From the NCBI RefSeq assembly GCF_044324785.1, contig NZ_CP172127.1: a DNA stretch of 64,000 nucleotides; one strand, written 5' to 3'. The notes under the pieces were generated by a model that was given only the letters and a program-made list of their open reading frames with translations, was not told the origin of the DNA and searched no databases. The position numbers were made by a program, and so were the translations under genes. Each line of letters opens with the position of its first letter. Position 1 is the first letter of the stretch. Below are positions 50,006 through 61,877 of this stretch, in pieces. This DNA is from Escherichia coli (lineage in GTDB: Bacteria; Pseudomonadota; Gammaproteobacteria; Enterobacterales; Enterobacteriaceae).

Positions 50006-51637
50006 ATGAGACATTCATTGCCCTACCGCATGTTACGCAAACGTCCGATGAAATTGAGTACCACAGTGATCTTAATGGTCAGCGCGGTACTGTTCTCGGT
50101 GCTATTGGTGGTGCATCTGATTTACTTCTCGCAAATCAGTGATATGACGCGAGACGGGCTAGCCAACAAGGCACTGGCAGTAGCGCGTACCCTCGCCGAC
50201 TCGCCGGAAATCCGTCAGGGCTTGCAGAAAAAACCGCAGGAGAGTGGAATCCAGGCCATCGCGGAAGCCGTGCGCAAACGCAACGATCTGCTATTTATTG
50301 TCGTTACCGATATGCAAAGTCTTCGCTACTCGCATCCTGAAGCCCAGCGTATTGGTCAGCCATTTAAAGGTGATGACATCCTTAAAGCGCTGAATGGCGA
50401 AGAAAATGTCGCTATCAATCGCGGTTTTCTGGCGCAGGCTTTACGCGTATTTACCCCCATCTACGATGAAAATCATAAACAAATTGGCGTGGTGGCGATC
50501 GGCCTTGAGTTAAGTCGCGTGACCCAACAGATCAATGACAGTCGCTGGAGCATTATCTGGTCGGTACTATTTGGCATGCTGGTCGGACTGATTGGCACTT
50601 GCATTCTGGTTAAGGTACTGAAAAAAATCCTTTTCGGCCTGGAACCCTACGAAATCTCCACGCTGTTTGAGCAACGCCAGGCCATGTTGCAGTCTATCAA
50701 AGAAGGCGTCGTTGCCGTGGACGATCGCGGCGAGGTCACGCTAATCAACGATGCCGCACAAGAATTGCTGAATTACCGTAAGTCGCAGGACGATGAGAAA
50801 CTGTCGACGCTAAGCCACTCGTGGTCACAGGTGGTAGATGTCTCGGAAGTGTTACGCGACGGTACCCCGCGCCGCGACGAAGAGATTACGATTAAAGATC
50901 GGCTATTACTGATCAACACCGTTCCGGTGCGCAGTAATGGCGTTATCATCGGTGCCATTTCAACCTTCAGGGACAAAACTGAAGTACGTAAACTGATGCA
51001 GCGACTCGACGGTCTGGTCAACTATGCTGACGCACTTCGTGAACGATCCCACGAATTTATGAATAAATTGCATGTGATTCTCGGATTATTGCATCTGAAG
51101 AGTTATAAGCAGTTGGAAGATTACATTCTCAAAACAGCCAATAACTATCAGGAAGAGATTGGCTCTCTGCTGGGTAAGATCAAATCTCCGGTTATCGCTG
51201 GTTTTTTAATCAGCAAGATTAACCGCGCGACCGATTTAGGCCATACGCTGATTTTAAACAGTGAAAGCCAGCTGCCAGACAGCGGCAGTGAGGACCAGGT
51301 CGCGACGCTGATTACCACATTGGGAAATCTGATAGAAAACGCGCTGGAAGCATTAGGGCCGGAACCCGGTGGCGAAATTAGCGTAACATTGCACTACCGT
51401 CACGGCTGGCTGCACTGTGAAGTTAACGATGATGGACCGGGGATCGCACCCGATAAAATCGATCACATTTTTGACAAAGGTGTCTCGACAAAAGGAAGCG
51501 AGCGAGGCGTCGGTTTAGCACTTGTCAAACAACAGGTAGAAAATCTCGGCGGCAGCATCGCCGTGGAATCGGAACCCGGGATTTTCACACAATTTTTTGT
51601 CCAGATACCCTGGGACGGGGAGAGGTCGAACAGATGA
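50006..51637 (+). CDS. dcuS: DcuS C4-dicarboxylate sensor histidine kinase
   Basis: 543 aa; two TM segments flanking a periplasmic domain, PAS, HisKA/HATPase (GVGLALVKQQVENLGGSIAV). Confidence 0.95.
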   Translation: MRHSLPYRMLRKRPMKLSTTVILMVSAVLFSVLLVVHLIYFSQISDMTRDGLANKALAVARTLADSPEIRQGLQKKPQESGIQAIAEAVRKRNDLLFIVVTDMQSLRYSHPEAQRIGQPFKGDDILKALNGEENVAINRGFLAQALRVFTPIYDENHKQIGVVAIGLELSRVTQQINDSRWSIIWSVLFGMLVGLIGTCILVKVLKKILFGLEPYEISTLFEQRQAMLQSIKEGVVAVDDRGEVTLINDAAQELLNYRKSQDDEKLSTLSHSWSQVVDVSEVLRDGTPRRDEEITIKDRLLLINTVPVRSNGVIIGAISTFRDKTEVRKLMQRLDGLVNYADALRERSHEFMNKLHVILGLLHLKSYKQLEDYILKTANNYQEEIGSLLGKIKSPVIAGFLISKINRATDLGHTLILNSESQLPDSGSEDQVATLITTLGNLIENALEALGPEPGGEISVTLHYRHGWLHCEVNDDGPGIAPDKIDHIFDKGVSTKGSERGVGLALVKQQVENLGGSIAVESEPGIFTQFFVQIPWDGERSNR

Positions 51638-52353
51638 TCAATGTATTAATTATCGATGACGACGCAATGGTCGCGGAGCTGAATCGCCGATACGTAGCAC
51701 AAATCCCAGGCTTTCAATGCTGTGGAACAGCCTCGACGCTGGAGAAAGCCAAAGAGATTATCTTCAATAGCGATACGCCTATCGACCTGATATTGCTCGA
51801 TATCTATATGCAAAAAGAGAACGGGCTCGATTTACTGCCTGTCCTGCATAACGCGCGTTGCAAAAGTGATGTGATTGTCATCTCCTCCGCAGCCGATGCG
51901 GCAACCATTAAAGATTCGCTGCATTACGGTGTCGTGGATTACCTGATCAAACCCTTCCAGGCTTCCCGCTTTGAAGAGGCGCTCACCGGCTGGCGGCAAA
52001 AGAAAATTGCGCTGGAAAAACATCAGTATTATGACCAGGCCGAGCTTGATCAGCTAATCCACGGCAGCAGCTCCAACGAGCAGGATCCTCGTCGCTTGCC
52101 AAAAGGCTTAACGCCGCAGACGTTACGCACGCTGTGCCAGTGGATTGACGCGCATCAGGACTATGAGTTTTCAACCGACGAGCTGGCCAACGAGGTTAAC
52201 ATATCGCGTGTTTCCTGCCGTAAATACCTCATCTGGCTGGTCAACTGCCACATCTTGTTCACCAGTATCCATTATGGCGTTACGGGGCGTCCGGTTTACC
52301 GTTACCGTATTCAGGCAGAACACTACTCACTGCTGAAACAATATTGCCAATAA
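51634..52353 (+). CDS. dcuR: DcuR response regulator
   Basis: 239 aa, receiver domain (LIIDDD...D) plus C-terminal HTH; overlaps the dcuS stop. Confidence 0.95.
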   Translation: MINVLIIDDDAMVAELNRRYVAQIPGFQCCGTASTLEKAKEIIFNSDTPIDLILLDIYMQKENGLDLLPVLHNARCKSDVIVISSAADAATIKDSLHYGVVDYLIKPFQASRFEEALTGWRQKKIALEKHQYYDQAELDQLIHGSSSNEQDPRRLPKGLTPQTLRTLCQWIDAHQDYEFSTDELANEVNISRVSCRKYLIWLVNCHILFTSIHYGVTGRPVYRYRIQAEHYSLLKQYCQ

Positions 52354-52923
52354 CGGATCGCTGGTTATCTGTAAGTAATAATTATTACTGTAATGCAAAA
52401 TATTCCTGGCACAAGTTACATTCTTCATCAGTAAAACTTGTGCCAGATCAAATATAATTATCCCTCCATCATCGTTAAAAATTAATATCTCTTCAGATGA
52501 ACGGTGTTTTTAATTTCAAAACGCTAACAAAAGTTAATTAACTATTATGTCACCCGCATTATGTGTATTTTTACCCACAAATGGGTAGATCAGATTAATC
52601 TATAAACCTAATGACATCTGCCCTGAGAACAAAAAATAGACCAATAAATATCAATAAGATAGAAGCAAACAAAACATTAACATCTGCGCAGTACAAACTA
52701 TAAACCCATCGCCAGAGAGTCATTCTCTCTGAAAAAGCCGCTTATCACAGTGCATAAATTTGCCGCTGCTTTAATCAGCCAATATTCACTGTGAGGTATT
52801 TGCTAAAGCCGGTAACGACCAAACGGATATTTAGTCAGGCTCTGAAAACAGTTCATACAAAACAGAACGTGACTGTGATCTATTCAGCAAAAATTTAAAT
52901 AGGATTATCGCGAGGGTTCACAC
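52354..52923 (+). promoter_or_regulatory. dcuB upstream regulatory region (DcuR/FNR/CRP-controlled promoter in K-12)
   Basis: 570-bp AT-rich intergenic region; includes the inverted repeat CTGGCACAAGTT...AACTTGTGCCAG (52406-52446); sites not individually mapped. Confidence 0.5.
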
Positions 52924-54264
52924 ATGTTATTTACTATCCAACTTATCATAATACTGATATGTCTGTTTTATGGTGCCAGAAAGGGTGGTATCGCGCTGGG
53001 TTTATTAGGCGGTATCGGTCTGGTCATTCTGGTCTTCGTCTTCCACCTTCAGCCAGGTAAACCACCGGTTGATGTCATGCTGGTTATCATTGCGGTGGTG
53101 GCGGCATCGGCGACCTTGCAAGCTTCGGGCGGTCTTGATGTCATGCTGCAAATTGCCGAGAAGCTGCTGCGCCGCAACCCGAAATATGTCTCAATTGTCG
53201 CGCCGTTTGTGACCTGTACGCTGACCATTCTTTGCGGTACGGGTCATGTGGTTTACACCATTCTGCCGATCATCTACGACGTTGCTATTAAGAACAACAT
53301 CCGTCCGGAACGTCCAATGGCGGCAAGTTCTATTGGTGCACAGATGGGGATTATCGCCAGTCCGGTGTCGGTTGCGGTCGTATCTCTGGTTGCGATGCTG
53401 GGTAATGTCACCTTTGATGGTCGCCATCTTGAGTTCCTCGACCTGCTGGCAATCACCATTCCATCGACGTTAATCGGTATCCTGGCGATCGGTATCTTCA
53501 GCTGGTTCCGCGGTAAAGATCTGGATAAAGACGAAGAGTTCCAGAAATTCATCTCCGTACCGGAAAACCGTGAGTATGTTTACGGTGATACCGCGACGCT
53601 GCTGGATAAAAAACTGCCGAAAAGCAACTGGCTGGCAATGTGGATCTTCCTCGGGGCAATCGCTGTAGTCGCCCTTCTTGGTGCTGATTCGGACCTGCGT
53701 CCATCCTTCGGCGGCAAACCGCTGTCGATGGTACTGGTTATTCAGATGTTTATGCTGCTGACCGGGGCGCTGATTATTATCCTGACCAAAACCAATCCCG
53801 CGTCTATCTCAAAAAACGAAGTCTTCCGTTCCGGTATGATCGCCATCGTGGCGGTGTACGGTATCGCATGGATGGCAGAAACCATGTTCGGTGCGCATAT
53901 GTCTGAAATTCAGGGCGTACTGGGCGAAATGGTGAAAGAGTATCCGTGGGCCTATGCCATTGTTCTGCTGCTGGTTTCCAAGTTTGTAAACTCTCAGGCT
54001 GCGGCGCTGGCGGCGATTGTTCCGGTCGCGCTGGCGATCGGCGTTGATCCGGCATACATCGTGGCTTCAGCACCGGCTTGCTACGGTTATTACATCCTGC
54101 CGACTTATCCGAGCGATCTGGCAGCGATTCAGTTTGACCGTTCCGGCACCACCCACATCGGTCGCTTCGTCATCAACCACAGCTTTATTCTGCCGGGGTT
54201 GATTGGTGTGAGCGTATCGTGCGTCTTCGGCTGGATCTTCGCCGCGATGTACGGGTTCTTATAA
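52924..54264 (+). CDS. dcuB: DcuB anaerobic C4-dicarboxylate antiporter
   Basis: 446-aa polytopic membrane protein, [30 protein letters not shown]... Confidence 0.95.
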
Positions 54265-54341
54265 ATGCACTTTGCGTGCCGCCCGTGACTACGCGGCACG
54301 CCATTTTCGAATAACAAATACAGAGTTACAGGCTGGAAGCT

Positions 54342-55988
54342 ATGTCAAACAAACCCTTTATCTACCAGGCACCTTTCCCGATGGGGAAAGACAATACCGA
54401 ATACTATCTACTCACTTCCGATTACGTTAGCGTTTCCGACTTCGACGGCGAAACCATTCTGAAAGTGGAACCAGAAGCCCTGACCCTGCTGGCGCAGCAA
54501 GCCTTTCACGACGCTTCTTTCATGCTCCGCCCGGCCCACCAGAAACAGGTCGCGGCTATTCTTCACGATCCAGAAGCCAGCGAAAACGACAAGTACGTGG
54601 CGCTGCAATTCTTAAGAAACTCCGAAATCGCCGCCAAAGGCGTACTGCCGACCTGCCAGGACACCGGCACCGCGATCATCGTCGGTAAAAAAGGCCAGCG
54701 CGTGTGGACCGGTGGCGGTGATGAAGAAGCGCTGTCGAAAGGCGTCTATAACACCTATATCGAGGATAACCTGCGCTATTCACAGAACGCGCCGCTGGAC
54801 ATGTATAAAGAGGTCAACACCGGCACGAACCTGCCTGCGCAAATCGACCTGTACGCGGTAGATGGCGATGAGTACAAATTCCTTTGCGTTGCGAAAGGCG
54901 GCGGCTCTGCCAACAAAACCTATCTCTACCAGGAAACCAAAGCCCTGCTGACTCCCGGCAAACTGAAAAACTTCCTCGTTGAGAAAATGCGTACCCTCGG
55001 TACTGCAGCCTGCCCGCCGTACCATATCGCGTTTGTGATTGGCGGTACGTCTGCGGAAACCAACCTGAAAACCGTCAAGTTAGCAAGCGCTCACTATTAC
55101 GATGAACTGCCGACGGAAGGGAACGAACATGGTCAGGCGTTCCGCGATGTCCAGCTGGAACAGGAACTGCTGGAAGAGGCCCAGAAACTCGGTCTTGGCG
55201 CGCAGTTTGGCGGTAAATACTTCGCGCACGACATTCGCGTTATCCGTCTGCCACGTCACGGCGCATCCTGCCCGGTAGGCATGGGCGTCTCCTGCTCCGC
55301 TGACCGTAACATTAAAGCGAAAATCAACCGCGAAGGTATCTGGATCGAAAAACTGGAACACAATCCAGGCCAGTACATTCCACAAGAACTGCGTCAGGCC
55401 GGTGAAGGCGAAGCGGTGAAAGTCGACCTTAACCGCCCGATGAAAGAGATCCTCGCCCAGCTTTCGCAATACCCGGTATCCACCCGCTTGTCGCTCACCG
55501 GCACCATTATCGTGGGTCGAGATATTGCACACGCCAAGCTGAAAGAGCTGATTGACGCCGGTAAAGAACTGCCGCAGTACATCAAAGATCACCCGATCTA
55601 CTACGCGGGTCCGGCGAAAACGCCTGCCGGTTATCCATCAGGTTCACTTGGCCCAACCACCGCAGGTCGTATGGACTCCTACGTGGATCTGCTGCAATCC
55701 CACGGCGGCAGCATGATCATGCTGGCGAAAGGCAACCGCAGCCAGCAGGTTACCGACGCGTGCCATAAACACGGCGGCTTTTACCTCGGTAGCATCGGCG
55801 GTCCAGCGGCGGTACTGGCGCAGCAGAGCATCAAGCATCTGGAATGCGTCGCTTATCCGGAGCTGGGTATGGAAGCTATCTGGAAAATCGAAGTAGAAGA
55901 TTTCCCGGCGTTTATCCTGGTCGATGACAAAGGTAACGACTTCTTCCAGCAAATCGTCAACAAACAGTGCGCGAACTGCACTAAGTAA
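54342..55988 (+). CDS. fumB: FumB class I fumarate hydratase (anaerobic)
   Basis: 548 aa, [31 protein letters not shown]...; Fe-S class I fumarase family. Confidence 0.95.
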   Translation: MSNKPFIYQAPFPMGKDNTEYYLLTSDYVSVSDFDGETILKVEPEALTLLAQQAFHDASFMLRPAHQKQVAAILHDPEASENDKYVALQFLRNSEIAAKGVLPTCQDTGTAIIVGKKGQRVWTGGGDEEALSKGVYNTYIEDNLRYSQNAPLDMYKEVNTGTNLPAQIDLYAVDGDEYKFLCVAKGGGSANKTYLYQETKALLTPGKLKNFLVEKMRTLGTAACPPYHIAFVIGGTSAETNLKTVKLASAHYYDELPTEGNEHGQAFRDVQLEQELLEEAQKLGLGAQFGGKYFAHDIRVIRLPRHGASCPVGMGVSCSADRNIKAKINREGIWIEKLEHNPGQYIPQELRQAGEGEAVKVDLNRPMKEILAQLSQYPVSTRLSLTGTIIVGRDIAHAKLKELIDAGKELPQYIKDHPIYYAGPAKTPAGYPSGSLGPTTAGRMDSYVDLLQSHGGSMIMLAKGNRSQQVTDACHKHGGFYLGSIGGPAAVLAQQSIKHLECVAYPELGMEAIWKIEVEDFPAFILVDDKGNDFFQQIVNKQCANCTK

Positions 55989-56110
55989 CCTCTTCGGCCC
56001 AGCGCCTGGCAGCATGCTGCCAGGTGATCCCCCTGGGCCACCTCTTTTGCGATTGTAATTTCACGCTTGCTGGTGAATAGTCAGTATTTTCCCTGACTTG
56101 CGAACTCACC

Positions 56111-56761
56111 ATGACCCGCACACTCAAGCCGTTAATTCTTAACACCGGCGCACTGGCGCTAACGTTAATCCTGATTTATACCGGCATTTCGGCCCATGAC
56201 AAACTCACCTGGCTGATGGAAGTGACACCGGTGATTATTGTCGTGCCGCTACTGCTTGCCACCGCCAGACGTTATCCGTTAACGCCGCTGCTCTATACGC
56301 TCATTTTCTTTCACGCCATCATCCTGATGGTCGGCGGACAATACACCTACGCGAAAGTCCCCGTTGGTTTTGAGGTGCAGGAATGGCTGGGGTTGAGTCG
56401 TAATCCGTATGACAAGCTGGGGCACTTTTTCCAGGGGCTGGTGCCTGCACTGGTGGCACGAGAAATTCTCGTTCGCGGGATGTACGTGCGCGGACGTAAA
56501 ATGGTGGCGTTCCTGGTCTGCTGCGTGGCGCTGGCGATAAGCGCGATGTATGAATTAATCGAGTGGTGGGCGGCGCTGGCAATGGGCCAGGGAGCGGATG
56601 ATTTTCTCGGCACCCAGGGCGACCAGTGGGACACGCAATCCGATATGTTCTGCGCGCTGCTTGGCGCATTAACGACGGTGATATTCCTCGCTCGCTTTCA
56701 TTGCCGCCAGCTACGGCGCTTTGGCTTAATCACCAGAGCGCCGGAAGCGATTACCCCTTAA
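56111..56761 (+). CDS. yjdF: YjdF inner-membrane protein (DUF2238)
   Basis: 216-aa hydrophobic ORF, MTRTLKPLILNTGALALTLILIYTGISAHDK...; the true start may lie upstream; the stop overlaps the melA stop. Confidence 0.8.
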   Translation: MTRTLKPLILNTGALALTLILIYTGISAHDKLTWLMEVTPVIIVVPLLLATARRYPLTPLLYTLIFFHAIILMVGGQYTYAKVPVGFEVQEWLGLSRNPYDKLGHFFQGLVPALVAREILVRGMYVRGRKMVAFLVCCVALAISAMYELIEWWAALAMGQGADDFLGTQGDQWDTQSDMFCALLGALTTVIFLARFHCRQLRRFGLITRAPEAITP

Positions 56762-58113
56762 CGGTGCAACCAGCCAGGCAGCCAGTCGCCGTGGGCAGCA
56801 ATCAAGTCGTCAACAAGAGCATATATTTCGTCAATGCCCAGCACGGCGGCAGTATGCGGGTCCATCATCGCGGCGTGGTAAACACGGTCGCGATTTTCCG
56901 TAAGAATGGCTTCGGTCAGCAGCGTCTGTACGTTGATGTTGGTTTGCATCAGAGCGGCCAGATGCGAAGGTAGCGTACCGACTTTGGTCGGCTGAATGCC
57001 ATTAGCATCAACCAGACAGGCTACTTCCACGCAACATCCTTGTGGCAGGTTATCAATCAAACCATCGTTACGGACGTTGCCGTAAATCACACTCGGCTCG
57101 CCAGTCCAGATAGCGTTCATGATTGTGCTGGCATATTCCCGTGACGGTTTAATATCAATCCGGGAGGCGTTTTTATACTCCTCCAGCTCTTTATGCCAGT
57201 TCGCCAGCTGCTCGACGCAGCGTTTCGGGTACTCATCCAGCGGTACTTTATAACGCTCAATCAAATCCTCACGACCTGGCTTAATAAACCACGGTGTGTA
57301 CTCAGCAAAATGTTCTGACGATTCCGTGACGAAGTAGCCCAGCTTTTTGAACATTTCGTAGCGCACAATATTCTGGCAGCGAGTATTGCCATGAATATTC
57401 GGCTTCGGTGCCTGCCCTGCTTCATAAGCCGCCAGCAGTTCCGGGTAGAGATTCACGTAACTGCCGTCGGCGGTTTTGCGCTCCAGTTCCAGGTAAAACG
57501 CCATATGGTTGATACCTGCGCAACGGTAACGTAGCGTAGCCGGGTCGATATTGAGGTCACGCGCCAGCTCTTCCGCCGTTCCCTGCACCGAATGGCACAA
57601 CCCTACCTGTTTGATATGCGGATAGTGGGCATACATCGCCCAGGTATTCATCGCCATTGGGTTAACGTAGTTGAGCATGGTGGCATCGGGGCAGACTTCC
57701 GTCATGTCCTCGCAAATTTGCCACAGATGCGGAATGGTACGTAGCGCGCGCATAATACCGCCCGGCCCCAACGTATCGGCAATGGTTTGTTCCAGACCAT
57801 GCCGCTTACAGACCTCGAAATCAGTCACCGTGCAAGGTTCATAACCGCCAATCTGAAATGCCACCACCACAAAATCGGCATCCTGTAAGGCTTCTTTCTG
57901 TTGGGTGTGGCAGGTGATTTTGCCGCTGGCCCCTGCTGAATCCATCAGCTTACGCACCACAATGTGCGACTCTTCCAGGCGGGTGGGATCAATGTCCATC
58001 AGGGCAATATGCGCCGTTTTCAGCGCCTCGCGATGGAACACATCACCAAGAATATTTTTAACGAAAATCGTCGAACCAGCGCCGATAAATGTAATTTTGG
58101 GTGCAGACATCAT
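56758..58113 (-). CDS. melA: MelA alpha-galactosidase (NAD/Mn-dependent, GH4)
   Basis: 451 aa, MMSAPKITFIGAGSTIFVKNILGDVFHREAL... ...AAHGDWLPGWLHR; intact. Confidence 0.95.
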   Translation of the reverse strand: MMSAPKITFIGAGSTIFVKNILGDVFHREALKTAHIALMDIDPTRLEESHIVVRKLMDSAGASGKITCHTQQKEALQDADFVVVAFQIGGYEPCTVTDFEVCKRHGLEQTIADTLGPGGIMRALRTIPHLWQICEDMTEVCPDATMLNYVNPMAMNTWAMYAHYPHIKQVGLCHSVQGTAEELARDLNIDPATLRYRCAGINHMAFYLELERKTADGSYVNLYPELLAAYEAGQAPKPNIHGNTRCQNIVRYEMFKKLGYFVTESSEHFAEYTPWFIKPGREDLIERYKVPLDEYPKRCVEQLANWHKELEEYKNASRIDIKPSREYASTIMNAIWTGEPSVIYGNVRNDGLIDNLPQGCCVEVACLVDANGIQPTKVGTLPSHLAALMQTNINVQTLLTEAILTENRDRVYHAAMMDPHTAAVLGIDEIYALVDDLIAAHGDWLPGWLHR

Positions 58114-58395
58114 GCAGATCTCCTGGCTTGCTTGAATAACTTCATCATGGCAGGCGAATCTGCAGAAAACCTCCGGCTTCCAGGTTGAGCATTCCCATAA
58201 ACTCAGATCCTGCGTGAAGCGGCAGTAAATCTAAGTTTATGGGAATAATTTACCTGAAAAGCAGAGTTTTCGGCCTCATGATGCTCGGACAGTCCCCTCG
58301 CCGCTGTGGGAAGAGGGTGAAAACCGTGCTCCCACTCGCAGTCATCCTCCCTCACTCCTGCCATAATTCTGATATTCCAGGAAAGAGAGCCATCC
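58114..58395. promoter_or_regulatory. melA-melR divergent control region (MelR and CRP sites in K-12)
   Basis: 282-bp intergenic region between divergent melA and melR; binding sites known from K-12 were not mapped individually. Confidence 0.55.
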
Positions 58396-59304
58396 ATGAA
58401 TACAGATACGTTTATGTGCAGCAGCGACGAAAAACAGACCCGCAGCCCGCTGTCGCTGTATTCGGAATACCAGCGGATGGAGATTGAGTTTCGCGCACCG
58501 CATATCATGCCCACCAGCCACTGGCATGGTCAGGTCGAAGTGAATGTGCCTTTCGATGGCGATGTGGAATACCTGATCAACAATGAAAAAGTGAATATCA
58601 ATCAGGGTCATATCACGCTGTTCTGGGCCTGTACACCGCACCAACTAACAGATACCGGAACCTGTCAGAGCATGGCGATTTTTAATCTGCCGATGCATCT
58701 GTTTCTCTCCTGGCCGCTGGATAAAGACCTGATTAACCACGTCACTCACGGCATGGTGATCAAATCACTGGCCACACAGCAACTTAGCCCGTTTGAAGTG
58801 CGCCGCTGGCAGCAGGAATTGAACAGTCCGAACGAGCAAATTCGCCAGCTCGCCATTGATGAAATTGGCCTGATGCTCAAGCGATTTAGCCTCTCTGGCT
58901 GGGAACCGATTCTGGTCAATAAAACCTCGCGCACACACAAAAACAGCGTCTCGCGCCATGCGCAATTTTATGTCAGCCAGATGCTGGGCTTTATTGCCGA
59001 AAACTATGATCAGGCGCTGACCATCAACGATGTGGCTGAGCACGTCAAACTTAACGCCAACTATGCAATGGGGATATTCCAGCGGGTCATGCAATTGACG
59101 ATGAAACAGTACATAACCGCGATGCGCATCAACCACGTTCGCGCGTTACTGAGCGATACCGATAAAAATATTCTCGATATTGCCCTGACGGCAGGCTTTC
59201 GTTCAAGTAGTCGTTTTTACAGCACGTTCGGCAAATATGTCGGCATGTCGCCGCAACAATACCGCAAACTTAGCCAACAGCGCCGCCAGACGTTTCCCGG
59301 CTAA
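58396..59304 (+). CDS. melR: MelR AraC-family melibiose operon activator
   Basis: 302 aa; C-terminal AraC-type HTH (...DILDIALTAGFRSSSRFYSTFGKYVGMSPQQYR). Confidence 0.95.
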   Translation: MNTDTFMCSSDEKQTRSPLSLYSEYQRMEIEFRAPHIMPTSHWHGQVEVNVPFDGDVEYLINNEKVNINQGHITLFWACTPHQLTDTGTCQSMAIFNLPMHLFLSWPLDKDLINHVTHGMVIKSLATQQLSPFEVRRWQQELNSPNEQIRQLAIDEIGLMLKRFSLSGWEPILVNKTSRTHKNSVSRHAQFYVSQMLGFIAENYDQALTINDVAEHVKLNANYAMGIFQRVMQLTMKQYITAMRINHVRALLSDTDKNILDIALTAGFRSSSRFYSTFGKYVGMSPQQYRKLSQQRRQTFPG

Positions 59305-59502
59305 AGACGATATCAGTATCAGCCAAAAAAATAGTTTAGCCGTCGATAATAAGCAGTGAAAATAATTTAAAATAATCACATAACATATTGTTTATAAAAA
59401 CAAATATTTCAAAAATGTTTGTTTTTCACGCGCTTTACAGCCCGAAAAGGCCGGAAGATACTTGCCCGCAACGAAGATTCCTTCATAACCGGGTAAGCAA
59501 TG

Positions 59503-61770
59503 ATGAAAGTATTAATTGTTGAAAGCGAGTTTCTCCATCAAGACACCTGGGTCGGTAACGCCGTTGAGCGTCTGGCAGATGCTTTAAGCCAGCAAAATGT
59601 TACCGTGATTAAATCCACCTCCTTTGATGATGGTTTTGCCATTCTCTCTTCAAACGAAGCCATTGACTGCCTGATGTTCAGCTATCAAATGGAACATCCG
59701 GACGAACATCAAAACGTCAGACAATTGATCGGTAAGCTTCATGAGCGTCAACAAAACGTGCCGGTCTTCCTGTTGGGCGATCGGGAAAAAGCCCTCGCCG
59801 CAATGGACCGGGATCTGCTGGAGCTTGTCGATGAATTCGCCTGGATTCTGGAAGATACCGCCGACTTTATCGCCGGACGCGCCGTTGCCGCGATGACCCG
59901 CTACCGCCAGCAACTGTTGCCGCCACTGTTCAGCGCGCTGATGAAATATAGCGACATCCATGAATATTCCTGGGCAGCGCCAGGCCACCAGGGTGGCGTT
60001 GGTTTTACCAAAACACCCGCCGGACGTTTCTACCATGACTACTATGGTGAAAATCTGTTCCGCACCGACATGGGCATCGAACGAACTTCCCTCGGTTCTT
60101 TGCTTGACCATACTGGCGCATTTGGCGAAAGCGAAAAATATGCCGCACGCGTATTTGGTGCCGATCGCTCCTGGTCGGTAGTCGTCGGTACTTCCGGCTC
60201 TAACCGCACCATCATGCAGGCTTGCATGACCGATAACGATGTCGTGGTCGTTGACCGTAACTGCCATAAATCCATCGAACAAGGCTTGATGCTGACAGGC
60301 GCGAAACCGGTCTACATGGTGCCAAGCCGCAACCGCTACGGCATTATCGGGCCAATCTATCCGCAGGAAATGCAACCTGAAACCTTGCAGAAGAAAATCA
60401 GTGAAAGCCCGCTGACTAAAGACAAAGCCGGGCAAAAACCGTCTTACTGCGTAGTGACCAACTGTACCTATGACGGCGTGTGTTATAACGCTAAAGAAGC
60501 GCAGGATCTGCTGGAAAAAACCTCCGATCGTCTGCACTTTGACGAAGCCTGGTACGGCTATGCACGTTTCAACCCGATCTATGCCGATCACTATGCCATG
60601 CGCGGCGAACCTGGCGATCACAACGGTCCTACCGTTTTCGCCACCCACTCCACCCACAAACTACTGAATGCACTGTCACAGGCCTCTTATATTCATGTAC
60701 GTGAAGGTCGTGGGGCGATTAACTTCTCCCGCTTCAACCAGGCCTACATGATGCATGCCACCACCTCCCCGCTGTATGCCATCTGTGCATCCAACGACGT
60801 GGCAGTGTCGATGATGGACGGCAACAGCGGCCTGTCACTGACCCAGGAAGTGATCGACGAAGCGGTTGATTTCCGTCAGGCGATGGCGCGGCTGTATAAA
60901 GAGTTCACCGCTGACGGTAGCTGGTTCTTCAAACCGTGGAACAAAGAAGTCGTCACCGACCCACAAACCGGCAAAACCTATGACTTTGCTGACGCACCAA
61001 CCAAACTGCTGACCACCGTTCAGGACTGCTGGGTCATGCATCCGGGCGAAAGCTGGCACGGCTTCAAAGATATTCCGGATAACTGGAGTATGCTCGACCC
61101 GATTAAAGTCAGCATCCTTGCTCCGGGAATGGGTGAAGATGGTGAACTGGAAGAAACCGGTGTTCCGGCGGCGCTGGTCACTGCCTGGCTTGGTCGCCAC
61201 GGCATTGTGCCTACCCGCACCACTGACTTCCAAATCATGTTCCTGTTCTCTATGGGCATAACCCGTGGGAAATGGGGGACTCTGGTTAACACCCTTTGCT
61301 CCTTCAAACGCCACTATGACGCCAACACACCGCTGGCGCAGGTGATGCCGGAACTTGTTGAACAATATCCTGACACTTACGCGAACATGGGGATTCACGA
61401 TCTGGGTGACACCATGTTTGCCTGGCTGAAAGAAAACAACCCTGGCGCACGGTTGAACGAAGCCTATTCCGGCCTGCCGGTGGCGGAAATCACCCCGCGT
61501 GAAGCGTACAACGCGATTGTCGACAACAATGTCGAACTGGTATCCATTGAAAATCTGCCAGGACGCATCGCGGCAAACTCAGTTATCCCGTATCCGCCAG
61601 GAATCCCGATGCTGCTGTCTGGTGAAAACTTCGGCGATAAAAACAGTCCGCAAGTAAGTTATTTACGCTCGCTGCAATCCTGGGACCATCATTTCCCTGG
61701 ATTTGAACACGAAACAGAAGGGACAGAAATTATTGACGGTATTTACCACGTTATGTGTGTGAAAGCGTAA
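59503..61770 (+). CDS. adiA: AdiA biodegradative arginine decarboxylase
   Basis: 755 aa from MKVLIVESEFLHQDTWVGNAVERLADAL...; PLP fold-III decarboxylase paralogous to CadA. Confidence 0.95.
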   Translation: MKVLIVESEFLHQDTWVGNAVERLADALSQQNVTVIKSTSFDDGFAILSSNEAIDCLMFSYQMEHPDEHQNVRQLIGKLHERQQNVPVFLLGDREKALAAMDRDLLELVDEFAWILEDTADFIAGRAVAAMTRYRQQLLPPLFSALMKYSDIHEYSWAAPGHQGGVGFTKTPAGRFYHDYYGENLFRTDMGIERTSLGSLLDHTGAFGESEKYAARVFGADRSWSVVVGTSGSNRTIMQACMTDNDVVVVDRNCHKSIEQGLMLTGAKPVYMVPSRNRYGIIGPIYPQEMQPETLQKKISESPLTKDKAGQKPSYCVVTNCTYDGVCYNAKEAQDLLEKTSDRLHFDEAWYGYARFNPIYADHYAMRGEPGDHNGPTVFATHSTHKLLNALSQASYIHVREGRGAINFSRFNQAYMMHATTSPLYAICASNDVAVSMMDGNSGLSLTQEVIDEAVDFRQAMARLYKEFTADGSWFFKPWNKEVVTDPQTGKTYDFADAPTKLLTTVQDCWVMHPGESWHGFKDIPDNWSMLDPIKVSILAPGMGEDGELEETGVPAALVTAWLGRHGIVPTRTTDFQIMFLFSMGITRGKWGTLVNTLCSFKRHYDANTPLAQVMPELVEQYPDTYANMGIHDLGDTMFAWLKENNPGARLNEAYSGLPVAEITPREAYNAIVDNNVELVSIENLPGRIAANSVIPYPPGIPMLLSGENFGDKNSPQVSYLRSLQSWDHHFPGFEHETEGTEIIDGIYHVMCVKA

Positions 61771-61877
61771 CCACTATTCCGCTGAAGGCGTAATTGTTAA
61801 ATAACATTACGCCGCCTGGCTTGAGGCCTTTTAAGTATGGCAACGTTTTCATAAAAATTGCTGCAAACAAAAAATGT

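Noticed and set aside
59650-60657. 335-aa minus-strand ORF inside adiA
   Set aside because: Antisense shadow of adiA; no independent support.
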